Assembly: GCA_031373235.1 (NCBI GenBank)
Contig: JANMMK010000077.1
Span: forward strand, 1-43,224
Length of the DNA: 43,224 bases
Source of the DNA: a bacterium
Lineage (GTDB): Bacteria; Patescibacteriota; Minisyncoccia; Phycocordibacterales; CAIRYW01
Direction: 5' to 3'
Shown: in pieces, positions 8,677-17,690 of the stretch
Layout of the letters: each line of letters opens with the position of its first letter
Numbering within the stretch: the first letter of the stretch is position 1
The notes under the pieces: generated by a model
The model's input: only the letters and a program-made list of their open reading frames with translations
Database searches by the model: none
Told to the model about the DNA's origin: nothing
Position numbers and translations under genes: made by a program

Positions 8677-11600
8677 CTTAATATTAATTTATTATCGTTA
8701 TTAATTACAAAATATTTATTAATCTTTCCGGTCAAAACCTCTCGCTTCACTCGCTTTCCATTACTTGTATATAGTATAACTGTTTGATTCTTTTTTACAG
8801 AGTAAGAAATACTAATAGAGTCAGTCCCGTACTTAAAAGACTTACTATGACTCGTATCATCTCCTGTCTTCTTATCCACCCCGACATTTAATACTTCTCT
8901 ACCGTAGTTTTTAAGTAAAGGAACTCCATTAATAGCAATAATGTCAATACTTCTCTTGTTTAGGACAGGAGGATAAAATCGTATCTCGATACTACTCTGC
9001 TTTCCAAACACATCAGTAAACTGATACAGAGTTGTTTGATACTTAACTTTAGTACCGTAGATTTTTGTACTGGTAGAAACTGTTGTCGAAGAGACATCTA
9101 CGGGAAAAACTTTAATAACTCTTCCCTCGAAATCAGCATCGAAACCAAACATCGGAGCATTAAGATCTATACCGATAATTTCTTGTTTTACTTTCTCAAT
9201 ATTACCGACCTTATCAACTGACCTGTAATAAAATACATGAGTACCGTCTGTTTCTATCACTACTTCGTTCGTATATTTTTGCCAACTAGTTCCGTCAAAA
9301 GAATATTCGCTTTGAAGTAACCCGCTTTCTCCATCAACTGAGTTAAGCGTAACTGAAACAGGACCAACATAGGCTCCAAAAAGACTTTTATCACCAACAA
9401 GAGAAATAGTTGTTGTCGGGGTATGTTGATCTAAAAGCATTGCCTGATCGAGTGATGCGACTGGAGTCAACTCTACTGTGGTTGTAGCACCAACTGTATC
9501 TACTATAGTCAAAACAGATTCTCCTTCTAGATCTAACTCTGCTTTGGTATCGTCTCCATGGACTGGGAGATTATAGAAATAATCTGTTTTTGTTGTCTCG
9601 CCATTTTCAACATCACTCACTCTTACGTTAAACGTTCCCTCGTCTGTGCCAACCATCTTGACCTCATATTCTCCGTCGTCTGGTATAAAGACAAATTTAT
9701 TATCTTCGACCGTCTCGTACGCAATTCCAGGAATGTCATTTTGTATATCACCTTTCTTATCAGGACCACTATGTCTTCCTTCTCTATCGTAGATATGTAT
9801 ATCAACGGGACTATGGACACTCACTACTTTACCCTTTGGAATACCGCAAACTGCTGTTGAAGTAGAGACTCCACCTAAAATTCCAATTTCGCTATTAGTC
9901 AAAATATTTCCAACAAGTTCCTTCACTCCATTTCTACTTGGCATCGTGGCATGTTCTGCCTCTTTAATGTAATACACTGCTCCTGCAGAAATTGCTTCCG
10001 CACTCATTAGAGGGACAGTGCCATCACCATCTATAAAAGCAAGGTCGTATTCATACTCTCCATTTTCTTTTTTGTTTCTAATCGAGATATTGCCGAGTGT
10101 TGGTGTGCCACAACCGACGATATTCACTACTTCATCTACATAGTTTTTAGGATCAAGTGTATCAAGGGTATCATGTAACTTCTCTGCACTTTCAAGAAGT
10201 CCACTATTTCTTCCGGTGTTCTGGAGTAAGTTTTTTGTTCCAGCATAATTTAGTTCACCGGTAACTTGATTATTATCGATATCAAGCACATCTCGAATTA
10301 CATGTTTATAATCTGTGTACCTATCGTCATAATAATTTTTACTTGGTATCAAAGCGTAGATTGAAGGAAAATTTTGCGAAATTTCTTTTATTTTTTTTGG
10401 AGAAACGACATCTTTACCTAAAAGATCAGACCCAATATTATCTCCAAAAATAAGAGTTTTAGGGGCAAAAGGTGAACCCAAATGAGGAGTAGCGATATCA
10501 ATAAATTTTCTTATATTGTTGTTTTCTTCTCCAAAGTGGTTTAGGTATGACTTCACTAGTAATCCTCCCATACTATGAGCAACAATATCTACTTTTTCTG
10601 AACCAGTTTTTACTCTTACTTCATTTATATACTCAGCAAGTGTCTTGGTAGTACTTGAAACTCCTTTCCACGCCAAATTATCAACATCTTGTCTCCAATC
10701 ATATCCAAAGAAAAAGAGACTATCTTTTTCTTTAAAACCATTTAGACCAAGAGACTCTTCCAAGTCGGCAAAATAGTTGGCAAACAAAGTCTTCTTTAAA
10801 ACACCTTTGGTAAATAAATTTTTTAGATCTAGTAAAACATCTAACTGCCCGTCATCTTTGTTCAGTAAAAGGTTGCCTGCACTCGGCCACACCTCCGTAC
10901 CCTTCTTATCATTTTTATTCAAATAACTCCCCATAATTCCAGGAATAATAATTACCGGAACTTTTTCAGAAGAATTCTCTGGTGAAAGTAACCACGGTTT
11001 AAAGTTTTTTGTTCCAAACACAGAATCTCCCAGACTAACCGTGTTACCAATATGAAAAGGTCCGCTCGCACTTCCCCACCAGTTATTCTTTATATCCACC
11101 TTTCTAATGCCGTTCGTAGCAGAATCATAAACTCTCACACCATCACCGTTTCCACTTACGGAAGAACGACTCACAACCAAACTTCCTGTGCTACTCAGAT
11201 AAAAATATGTATCAATGCCCCTATTATTATTTTCTATCTTTGAGTTGGTCACTGTAAGATTGGCGTTGTAATTTTGAACTCCCGTATCTGACATATTTTT
11301 TATATTCGTCTTATCAACAGAGGCAACAGAAGTTAATCCAGTAGATGCATAGGCTTCAAGTGCAGAATCAGTACCTCCAGAAAAATTTGCTCGTTTCATG
11401 TATAAAGTAGAGTCAAATACACCAACACCTTTCGTAAACAAAAACTTAAAATTAACATTAAACAAATGAAGTAAAGATTTATCAAACAGGGCAATCCCAA
11501 AACTACCCGAACCACCACCCGAAGTTTCAATACTTCCGTCTAAAAAAGATGCGCTCGAAGCATCATAAAGTGCAAGAGCATCACTTTCACCTTCAAAAAT

Positions 11601-12080
11601 ATAATTTGAAATATCTACTCTACTGCTGTAAAACAGACGAAAACCTTTTTCTGCTTCCCTACTATCAAAATTCTCAACATCAACTTCTGAATCAAACAAA
11701 CTTACATTACGAACACCCTTCGCACGAATATTTTTAAGAGTACTCTCATTTGATTCAAAGAAGTTAATCCACCACTTTTGATTTAGCGGATCACTCATAT
11801 CCATATACACAGGGTCATCAACACTACCCTCAACTTTCAAATCACCAAAAATGTTCAAAGAAGAACCCGATGTGAAATATATCCTTGTACCCGTGTCGAT
11901 ACTTAAAGCCTTTCCTAACACAACATCGATAGATCCATCAACTATGTAGGGACCTTGCTCTTTAGTCCATGTAGTATTCTCAGTAATCGGTGAAGTAACA
12001 TTCGTATCCGCTTTTATACCTACAGGTAAAAGAACTAAAAGTACAAAGGTAAAGAAATTAATTAAAGTTTTGTTTTTCAT
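8673..12080 (-). CDS. Giant exported protein: N-terminal parallel beta-helix, central LCAT-like alpha/beta-hydrolase (lipase/phospholipase), C-terminal Ig-like beta-sandwich repeats
   Basis: 1135 aa with a signal peptide. Beta-helix signature: ITENTTWTKEQGPYIVDGSIDV..G..L.I..GT.IYF. Lipase motifs: VPVIIIPGIMGSYLN (oxyanion region, about aa 380), AHSMGG (nucleophile Ser, about aa 503), DGDGTVP (Asp) and EHATM (His, about aa 710). Confidence 0.8.
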   Translation of the reverse strand: MKNKTLINFFTFVLLVLLPVGIKADTNVTSPITENTTWTKEQGPYIVDGSIDVVLGKALSIDTGTRIYFTSGSSLNIFGDLKVEGSVDDPVYMDMSDPLNQKWWINFFESNESTLKNIRAKGVRNVSLFDSEVDVENFDSREAEKGFRLFYSSRVDISNYIFEGESDALALYDASSASFLDGSIETSGGGSGSFGIALFDKSLLHLFNVNFKFLFTKGVGVFDSTLYMKRANFSGGTDSALEAYASTGLTSVASVDKTNIKNMSDTGVQNYNANLTVTNSKIENNNRGIDTYFYLSSTGSLVVSRSSVSGNGDGVRVYDSATNGIRKVDIKNNWWGSASGPFHIGNTVSLGDSVFGTKNFKPWLLSPENSSEKVPVIIIPGIMGSYLNKNDKKGTEVWPSAGNLLLNKDDGQLDVLLDLKNLFTKGVLKKTLFANYFADLEESLGLNGFKEKDSLFFFGYDWRQDVDNLAWKGVSSTTKTLAEYINEVRVKTGSEKVDIVAHSMGGLLVKSYLNHFGEENNNIRKFIDIATPHLGSPFAPKTLIFGDNIGSDLLGKDVVSPKKIKEISQNFPSIYALIPSKNYYDDRYTDYKHVIRDVLDIDNNQVTGELNYAGTKNLLQNTGRNSGLLESAEKLHDTLDTLDPKNYVDEVVNIVGCGTPTLGNISIRNKKENGEYEYDLAFIDGDGTVPLMSAEAISAGAVYYIKEAEHATMPSRNGVKELVGNILTNSEIGILGGVSTSTAVCGIPKGKVVSVHSPVDIHIYDREGRHSGPDKKGDIQNDIPGIAYETVEDNKFVFIPDDGEYEVKMVGTDEGTFNVRVSDVENGETTKTDYFYNLPVHGDDTKAELDLEGESVLTIVDTVGATTTVELTPVASLDQAMLLDQHTPTTTISLVGDKSLFGAYVGPVSVTLNSVDGESGLLQSEYSFDGTSWQKYTNEVVIETDGTHVFYYRSVDKVGNIEKVKQEIIGIDLNAPMFGFDADFEGRVIKVFPVDVSSTTVSTSTKIYGTKVKYQTTLYQFTDVFGKQSSIEIRFYPPVLNKRSIDIIAINGVPLLKNYGREVLNVGVDKKTGDDTSHSKSFKYGTDSISISYSVKKNQTVILYTSNGKRVKREVLTGKINKYFVINNDNKLILR

Positions 12081-12082
12081 AC

Positions 12083-13426
12083 TTACTCTCCGAATAACAT
12101 TGATTTGATTTTTCTAAATATCTTACCTGGATACGCAAGCATCGAATCCTCTTTTTTCTCTGCAACATATGTATCAATCAAAATCTGATTAGGAGCGTTC
12201 GAAGCTGTTGTGGTTGATTTCTTTTCCTCATCTTTTATACTCAGAGTTACGGGTGGTAAAATTTCTTTTTGAACAACATACTCCTGCCTCCTTCGTAGAC
12301 CTTCTTCCAAAACAGCAAGCTCCTTAGTAAGCGAAGCAAGTTCTTCAGTCATTGGAGAGAATTTTGAAATCACTATCTTGTTTGGATATAGCAATTTAAC
12401 TTCTTCGTCCTCAAAAGATTTATTAAACGCAAAAGGCACTTTAAGAGTTGTACCCTTGTCTACTATGGTATCTTGAGGAAAAGTAAAAGAAATTTTTCCA
12501 TAAAAAACCATCCACCCGTCCAGATTAACTTCTGCCGAAGTATTGTTCTTAATAGTTACAAAACCACCTTTTCCAAAAGAAACATCCTCAACAGAGACTC
12601 TTGGCTCGAAAACTTTTACCTTTGTTTTTGAAACCGCACTAGACTCCCCCATTTCGACAGTTAAAAGCACATTGTATTCTCCAGGAAAAAGATAAGTATG
12701 AGTAACATCTTTTCCTTTTTTAGAAGACCCATCGCCAAAAGACCAAAAATACTTTGCACCAATTCCTTTTGGTGCTTCTGCAATTTTTGCATTAAATGTA
12801 ATTGGACTATTTACAGAAACCACCCTTTTTCTGCCCGCATCTACCTTAAAATCAAAGTCATCTTTTATATCACTAAGTGGTGCACTTGAAGAATGCGAAG
12901 ACTCGTCAGAAAAACTACTTCCCACCCCAGACTCACTAGTTTGGGTTCCCGTAGTCTGCCCTCCCTCTTCGTCTTTTTTGTCTTCTTCCAAAACACCGCC
13001 TCCTCCACCACTTCCAACACTAACCTTTTGACTAGCGCCAAATGTTTTACCGGTGTCCCTACCTTTTATTAGTACCGAAATTGTATACACCCCTTCAGTG
13101 GTGTCACGATAGTAAAAAGTTTTCGATGCCGTATTTTTAGACATATAAGTAGTGACAGGTTTTCCAGTACTTCCTAAAAATTCGCCCGTAGCAGAAGTTG
13201 AGGAAAAGGTCACATCATTGGTCTCATCTATCTTTTCTGAAGCACCACTGTCATTTTGAGTTTGGATAGTGAGCGCTTCAGATAAAACCCCTACACCCAC
13301 AGTCTGCCCTGAGGTTGTAAACACAAGAGTTTTTATTTTAGAACTATCTGCAATAGCATTGTTTCCTAGCAAAACAAAAGTTACTAAAAAACACGAAAAC
13401 CATCTCAAAACATTTTTATAGCTCAT
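12083..13426 (-). CDS. Exported protein with an Ig-like region, Gly/acidic linker, PKD domain and lamin-tail-like (LTD) domain
   Basis: Likely start is MSYKNVLRW at 13426; the ORF-track start at 13444 is GTG and lies inside a terminator hairpin. PKD signature: FWSFGDGSSKKGKDVTHTYLFPGEYNVLLTV. LTD-like segment: FVTIKNNTSAEVNLDGWMV. It ends 2 nt before the 1135-aa gene. Confidence 0.7.
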   Translation of the reverse strand: MSYKNVLRWFSCFLVTFVLLGNNAIADSSKIKTLVFTTSGQTVGVGVLSEALTIQTQNDSGASEKIDETNDVTFSSTSATGEFLGSTGKPVTTYMSKNTASKTFYYRDTTEGVYTISVLIKGRDTGKTFGASQKVSVGSGGGGGVLEEDKKDEEGGQTTGTQTSESGVGSSFSDESSHSSSAPLSDIKDDFDFKVDAGRKRVVSVNSPITFNAKIAEAPKGIGAKYFWSFGDGSSKKGKDVTHTYLFPGEYNVLLTVEMGESSAVSKTKVKVFEPRVSVEDVSFGKGGFVTIKNNTSAEVNLDGWMVFYGKISFTFPQDTIVDKGTTLKVPFAFNKSFEDEEVKLLYPNKIVISKFSPMTEELASLTKELAVLEEGLRRRQEYVVQKEILPPVTLSIKDEEKKSTTTASNAPNQILIDTYVAEKKEDSMLAYPGKIFRKIKSMLFGE

Positions 13427-13430
13427 GTTA

Positions 13431-13462
13431 CAAAAAAAACACACGAATTAGTTCGTGTGTTT
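13431..13462 (-). terminator. Bidirectional-looking terminator hairpin
   Basis: AAACACACGAA-ttag-TTCGTGTGTTT (11-bp stem) with an A run on one side and a T run on the other. It lies between the transposase gene and the PKD gene. Confidence 0.55.
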
Positions 13463-13597
13463 GGCTTTTTTATATTCTAAATTTGTAAATATAGATGAAA
13501 ATAGTCCTCTACGCAGACTATTGTTTTCCAAACCTTTTTGTCTCCTCTTTTTCTCCATACACCAATATTATAAACTTCCTCTTTTTTTTAATATAGA

Positions 13598-13635
13598 TGT
13601 GGATAACTCATTTAGGCTAGGTTTAGCCTAGCCTA
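13598..13635 (+). repeat. Repeat R1: TGTGGATAA head plus 9-bp palindrome
   Basis: TGTGGATAActcatt-TAGGCTAGG-tttag-CCTAGCCTA. It overlaps the stop codon of the transposase gene. Confidence 0.8.
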
Positions 13636-14302
13636 AAATTTCACCAGAAAAGTTTATCCACTCTTTTATCATTAAGTTAAACTCGGCTGAATTTTTAAAA
13701 TATTCTGGAAAGTCTTCCTTACTCAAGATTAATTTCTCCACTCTCTCTTTCTCTTGGTAATCAAAAAAACTCGAAAAAGTATACCCCTCAAGAAACTTCT
13801 TCGCCTTATCCTTATCCTCAATTTTTTTCTGCTTCCAACCTTTATCAATAATTCCAATCGGATTAAGGTGAATATAGGTATATAGATACTTTAAGTACAT
13901 ATCCGTATCGACATGCTCAGCTTTAAATGTACCCTCGAACAAAGCGCCGGTTCTTTGATTTTTTTTATTAAAAAAACCAGTATAACCTGTTTGTAGTTTC
14001 TGCATAAACACTGAGATGCCTCCTGGGGTAATTTCTTTTACGAGTAAATGAAAGTGATTTGGCATAAGGCAATAAGCACCAATGGCAACAACAGGATCAC
14101 CTCTCTCGACTAAGGACTGAAAATCAAAAGACTTCGTCTTGCGGTTTCTCTTTTCTATATTGAAATGTTTTTTTGAATTTGAAAGTAACAAAGAGCTTAA
14201 AAATCTTTCATAATCATTTTGATCTAAAAACACAGTTCTCTTATCAACACCTCGATTATATATGTGATAAAATTCTCCTTCTGCAAATTTAATCTTTCGC
14301 AT
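13628..14302 (-). CDS. Y1 HUH transposase, IS200-like / REP-associated (RayT, COG1943-type)
   Basis: 224 aa. Motifs: FYHIYNRG, HUH motif CLMPNHFHLLV, and the catalytic Tyr region YTYIHLNPI. Confidence 0.8.
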   Translation of the reverse strand: MRKIKFAEGEFYHIYNRGVDKRTVFLDQNDYERFLSSLLLSNSKKHFNIEKRNRKTKSFDFQSLVERGDPVVAIGAYCLMPNHFHLLVKEITPGGISVFMQKLQTGYTGFFNKKNQRTGALFEGTFKAEHVDTDMYLKYLYTYIHLNPIGIIDKGWKQKKIEDKDKAKKFLEGYTFSSFFDYQEKERVEKLILSKEDFPEYFKNSAEFNLMIKEWINFSGEILG

Positions 14303-14347
14303 AAAAGTAATTATAATAGCGAAACAAAAAAAGACTTGCCAAAAAAA

Positions 14348-14384
14348 TGTTGATAAGTAAGATTTTGGCTAGACTAAGCCTAGC
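14348..14384 (+). repeat. Repeat R2: TGTTGATAA head plus GGCTAG...CCTAGC palindrome
   Basis: TGTTGATAAgtaagatttt-GGCTAGactaagCCTAGC, located between the transposase start and the toxin gene. Confidence 0.75.
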
Positions 14385-14405
14385 ACGAATCAAGATAAAA
14401 ACCTT

Positions 14406-14684
14406 TTAGATTCGATTTAGAACATCTTTATATACTGACTTTCTATGTTGAATCATGTATATAAATACAATGTTATCTTCAACAGAAAAAACCACCCTAT
14501 AATCTCCTACTCGAAGTTTTTTAAACCCTGAAAGCTCACTTCGAAGTGGGATACCAAAAATATGTGGATTCGTGGTTAATTTATCCTCGATCGCTTTCTT
14601 TATCTTTTTTGTAGAAAAAATATCTATACCTGGTATATCACTCGTTACTACTTTGGGATGATACTTTACTGTATAGCTTTCCAT
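14406..14684 (-). CDS. Type II toxin, RelE/ParE superfamily
   Basis: 92 aa with the motifs ...L.GFKKLRVGDYRVVF.V.D..V.I..I.HRK.VY. It overlaps the upstream antitoxin ORF by 19 nt. Confidence 0.8.
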   Translation of the reverse strand: MESYTVKYHPKVVTSDIPGIDIFSTKKIKKAIEDKLTTNPHIFGIPLRSELSGFKKLRVGDYRVVFSVEDNIVFIYMIQHRKSVYKDVLNRI

Positions 14685-14899
14685 GCTTTTTCGTGACTTA
14701 CAAAATCAGACTTTTTAGTAGTTAACCTATCTTTGACTAACATACCGAGTTTTGCATCCTCCTCTATCTCAAGAGCAATTTTCAAAAGTTCAACAGCTTT
14801 TGTTGCTTGTGGAACCCGATCCTTCTCTGCACTTATCTTTAATAGATTTTCTAAGTCTAAAGAGAGGCTTATATTTAATCTTTTTTTTGTTGTAGTCAT
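14666..14899 (-). CDS. Type II antitoxin with an N-terminal ribbon-helix-helix (CopG/RelB-like)
   Basis: 77 aa with the RHH pattern KKRLNISLSLDLENLLKISAEKDRVPQATKAVELLKIAL. It is positioned directly upstream of the toxin and overlaps it. Confidence 0.65.
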   Translation of the reverse strand: MTTTKKRLNISLSLDLENLLKISAEKDRVPQATKAVELLKIALEIEEDAKLGMLVKDRLTTKKSDFVSHEKAWKAIQ

Positions 14900-14960
14900 A
14901 ATACATAAAGTGTATCAAAAGTGTATCACTTGTCAAACAAACTGAAAAAAATGGAGAATG

Positions 14961-14998
14961 TGTTGATAAATAAGGCTTTGGCTAGGCTTAGCCTCGCC
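14961..14998 (+). repeat. Repeat R3: TGTTGATAA head plus palindrome
   Basis: TGTTGATAAataaggcttt-GGCTAggctTAGCCtcgcc. It has the same orientation as R1/R2 and lies just upstream of the TA cassette. Confidence 0.75.
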
Positions 14999-15021
14999 AA
15001 AATATAATCTTTAAAAATGCT

Positions 15022-15056
15022 TGTTAAATAAGGGTTCTGGGAGGTTCGGCCTCCCC
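15022..15056 (+). repeat. Repeat R4: degenerate head plus GC palindrome
   Basis: TGTTAAATAAGGgttct-GGGAGG-ttcgg-CCTCCC, followed by the same CAAAT tail as the other copies. Confidence 0.6.
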
Positions 15057-15126
15057 AAATCTCCCCGGAACAAAACAAAAAATTGAGGGTTCTCTAGTGA
15101 AGAGGATACTTAAGGAGAATATTTTA

Positions 15127-15159
15127 TAAAAAGAAAAACCCCGCCGTGAGGCGGGGTTT
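15127..15159 (-). terminator. Strong rho-independent terminator of the surface-protein gene
   Basis: On the minus strand: AAACCCCGCC-tcac-GGCGGGGTTT followed by TTTCTTTTT, 47 nt downstream of the stop at 15206. Confidence 0.85.
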
Positions 15160-15205
15160 CGATTACCCTAGCTAAGCTAGGACATACGATTCAGAGAGGC
15201 TAAAG

Positions 15206-17107
15206 TTAGTTCTTAACTTCAACAACTGATGTTTCGTAATTTTCTTGTGGAGCTACGACCTGAGACTTTGTAGGGTCAGACGCTGCATCCGCGAAGTTTA
15301 CAGAGTAAAGTTGTACTCGGTAGTAACCTGTTGTAGCTGAATCGAAGCTTACTGTAAGCTTGAATGTAGCTGATTGACCTTCGTCAATTCTTACATAGTT
15401 TCCAGTTCTAGAACCTCCAGAAACATGTGAAAGAGCTGAAGTTGTAGTTCCAGTTGAACTTGCAACAGCAGAGTTTCCATCAGTTTCTACAAGGAAGCTA
15501 GCTCCTCGAGGATCAGCAGTAAGAGAGTTTGTTCCGCTGAAAGCTGAAAGCTCAACGTATTGTGTCTCATCAAATGCTTCTACCTTGAATTCAACTGTGT
15601 AAGTACCTTGGTCGTCAGTCGCTGTAGTATCAAGTCCTAGAGCTTGTGCAGCTGAAGTACTTGATTTTGTTACGATGATACCAGCTGTTCGTAAGTAGTG
15701 AGTGTCTCCAGTTACAGAACCCTTAAGGTTTGTAGCTGTAAGATCATCAGCACCTTCTGCGTCGATTTCATCAACGTTTGTTGTTGTAAGGTTAGCAGCT
15801 ACTGTTACTCCTTCGTTTCCAGGAACAAGTGCCTTGAATCGAACTTTAACTTCTGCTTTTACTTTCTTACCAACTTTTACAGTAACTTCGTCATCCACAT
15901 CGAATGTAGAAGAAGCTGTTGTAAGTGTTCCTCCTGAAATTGTGTAGTCAGAAATAACTTTTCCGTCAATAACAAGTTCGTAATCATCAATCAATGCGTT
16001 AACAGTTGATGATGAAACAGTAAAGTTTACTGGGATAGACTTGATTGTGATGTCATTTTCTTCAGCTTCGAGATCGAAAGCAAGAAGAGTGTACCATTCT
16101 GAAGTCGTATCGTCGTTTAGAGAAAGAGTTGTAGAGTCTGGATTAGCAGAGTTTTCTGTAATCTTTAACTCTTCGTCTTGTCCAGCATCAACAACATCGA
16201 ATGTTACTGAATCTGAATCATCTCCTGTGTAGTTGTCAATTCCCATTTGGTCAACAGCTCGAACTCCTTCATCTGGAATGAAGATATCCCATTCTGCTGG
16301 AAGATCGTCAACTCCGTTTGATGTAGATAGCTTTAGAACCATTTCTACTCTTTCTCCTTCCTTAGCGACAGATGAAAGTCCAGAGAATCGTAGTCGGTAA
16401 GTATTAGGAGTTGTGTTTCCTTCTTCTGACCAATCAGTCTTAGAGTCAACATTCTCTGAAGCAACTTCTTTTCCGTTGATCCAAAGAGTAGCTTTCTCAA
16501 ACACTTGCCAAGGATCAGTTTCTTCTGATGTAGCACCTTGAACGTGGAAGTCAACTCTTTCAATTCGAGCATCCGCGTCTTCAACATCGAATCGAGCTCG
16601 AAGAATTTTTCCTTCTCCTCCTTCTTCTATATCAGAATCGTCTCCTGAAGAAAGATCGAAGTCTTCTAGAGAAGCTTCACCTCCGTTAAGACCAACTGTT
16701 GATGTAGTAGTTGTAGTAGTTGTGGTAGTAGTAGTAACTGAACCATTTACCTTAGCTCTTGTAACAGGGCCAAAGTATCCAGCTGCTGGAGCGATTCCGT
16801 TTGCTGCTTGGTAAGCTGCAACTGCTGCCTTAGTGATAGGTCCGAAGTATCCTGTTGCTGTTCCTGAAAAGTAGCTCTTTGAAGCTAACCAGTTTTGAAG
16901 AGCAGTAACATCAGATCCTGTAGATCCTACAGTAAGGTCTCTAGTAAATGTAACCGATACAGTTGAAGATCCAGACATAGCTGCGATCTTTGCTGTAAGG
17001 TCTGCGATCATTTTTTGTAGGTCAGCAACTGACTGTGCTCCTGCTGTAGAAACTACTGCAAGAGAAAGTGCAACTGCAAAACCTGCAACCTTTGCAAATT
17101 TTTTCAT
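15206..17107 (-). CDS. Abundant-looking cell-surface protein: signal peptide, peptidoglycan-binding domain (PG_binding_1-like), poly-Thr linker and long beta-rich region
   Basis: 633 aa. Signal peptide: MKKFAKVAGFAVALSLAVVSTAGA. PG-binding motif: GSTGSDVTALQNWL....YF.G.ATGYFGPITKAAVAAYQAANGI. Thr linker: T11-S. Codon choice is restricted, and the gene has its own strong terminator. Confidence 0.8.
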   Translation of the reverse strand: MKKFAKVAGFAVALSLAVVSTAGAQSVADLQKMIADLTAKIAAMSGSSTVSVTFTRDLTVGSTGSDVTALQNWLASKSYFSGTATGYFGPITKAAVAAYQAANGIAPAAGYFGPVTRAKVNGSVTTTTTTTTTTTSTVGLNGGEASLEDFDLSSGDDSDIEEGGEGKILRARFDVEDADARIERVDFHVQGATSEETDPWQVFEKATLWINGKEVASENVDSKTDWSEEGNTTPNTYRLRFSGLSSVAKEGERVEMVLKLSTSNGVDDLPAEWDIFIPDEGVRAVDQMGIDNYTGDDSDSVTFDVVDAGQDEELKITENSANPDSTTLSLNDDTTSEWYTLLAFDLEAEENDITIKSIPVNFTVSSSTVNALIDDYELVIDGKVISDYTISGGTLTTASSTFDVDDEVTVKVGKKVKAEVKVRFKALVPGNEGVTVAANLTTTNVDEIDAEGADDLTATNLKGSVTGDTHYLRTAGIIVTKSSTSAAQALGLDTTATDDQGTYTVEFKVEAFDETQYVELSAFSGTNSLTADPRGASFLVETDGNSAVASSTGTTTSALSHVSGGSRTGNYVRIDEGQSATFKLTVSFDSATTGYYRVQLYSVNFADAASDPTKSQVVAPQENYETSVVEVKN

Positions 17108-17574
17108 ATATTAATTATTTTTTTATTTATGCTCAACCACTTAATTTTTAAGAACTAATAATTTGTGGCGTTGCATTACTTTTAACAACTCTATATATAG
17201 AGAACATTTTTCGACTGTTCTCTAAGAGAGCTGGTTACGAATGTGAAGACTAAGATATTTCGACCTTCGCCCTGCACAATCGCCTTAATATAAAAGATTG
17301 CTCTTTTATATTTATCTATCACTAATCTTAAAAAGAAAGCTTTGAGTTTTACCTCTCTGCACTCTTGATAAGAGTAGCTGGTATGGGATTTGGGTATTCA
17401 TCTTTTACTAACCTTGGTGGGATAAAGATTTTCTGTATTATTTTTTTGTCAAAGAAACAATCATTTAGAATAGGTATTTTAGCTCTATATTCTAAACGCA
17501 ACAGGAGCTTTTTTGAAGCTTTGTGTGCGTAGGTAGAATTATAGTATAAAGCACCTCTCTAGAGCAACTGTATG

Positions 17575-17599
17575 TGTGGATAAAGCCCTTATTTGGGGC
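17575..17599 (+). repeat. Repeat R5 (short copy): TGTGGATAA head plus small GC hairpin
   Basis: TGTGGATAAa-GCCC-ttatttg-GGGC followed by AAAATC. The head and tail match R1-R4. Confidence 0.5.
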
Positions 17600-17653
17600 A
17601 AAATCTACGAGGGTAATACTAGCACATTTGAGGCAGAAAGACAAGCAAAAAGA

Positions 17654-17690
17654 AGTTGATAGGTGCTAGTTTGTAGTTGGTAGTAATTAA
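17654..17690 (+). repeat. Heptad AGTTNNN array
   Basis: AGTTGAT AGGTGCT AGTTTGT AGTTGGT AGTAATT, period 7. Confidence 0.55.

Larger units (their letters stand above)
13598..14384. mobile_element. IS200/IS605-like element: single Y1 transposase gene bounded by same-strand subterminal hairpins (approximate ends)
   Basis: The HUH/Y1 transposase ORF is flanked by repeat copies R1 (13598-13635) and R2 (14348-14384) in the same orientation. There are no terminal inverted repeats, as expected for this family. Exact ends and cleavage sites are unknown. Confidence 0.45.

Noticed and set aside
13598-17583. Perfect and near-perfect DnaA boxes (TGTGGATAA / TGTTGATAA) as evidence for a replication origin.
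   Set aside because: The boxes are spread over about 4 kb and each is embedded in a copy of the same repeat. No dnaA or dnaN gene is adjacent and no AT-rich unwinding element with clustered boxes is visible. They are treated as part of the repeat family instead.
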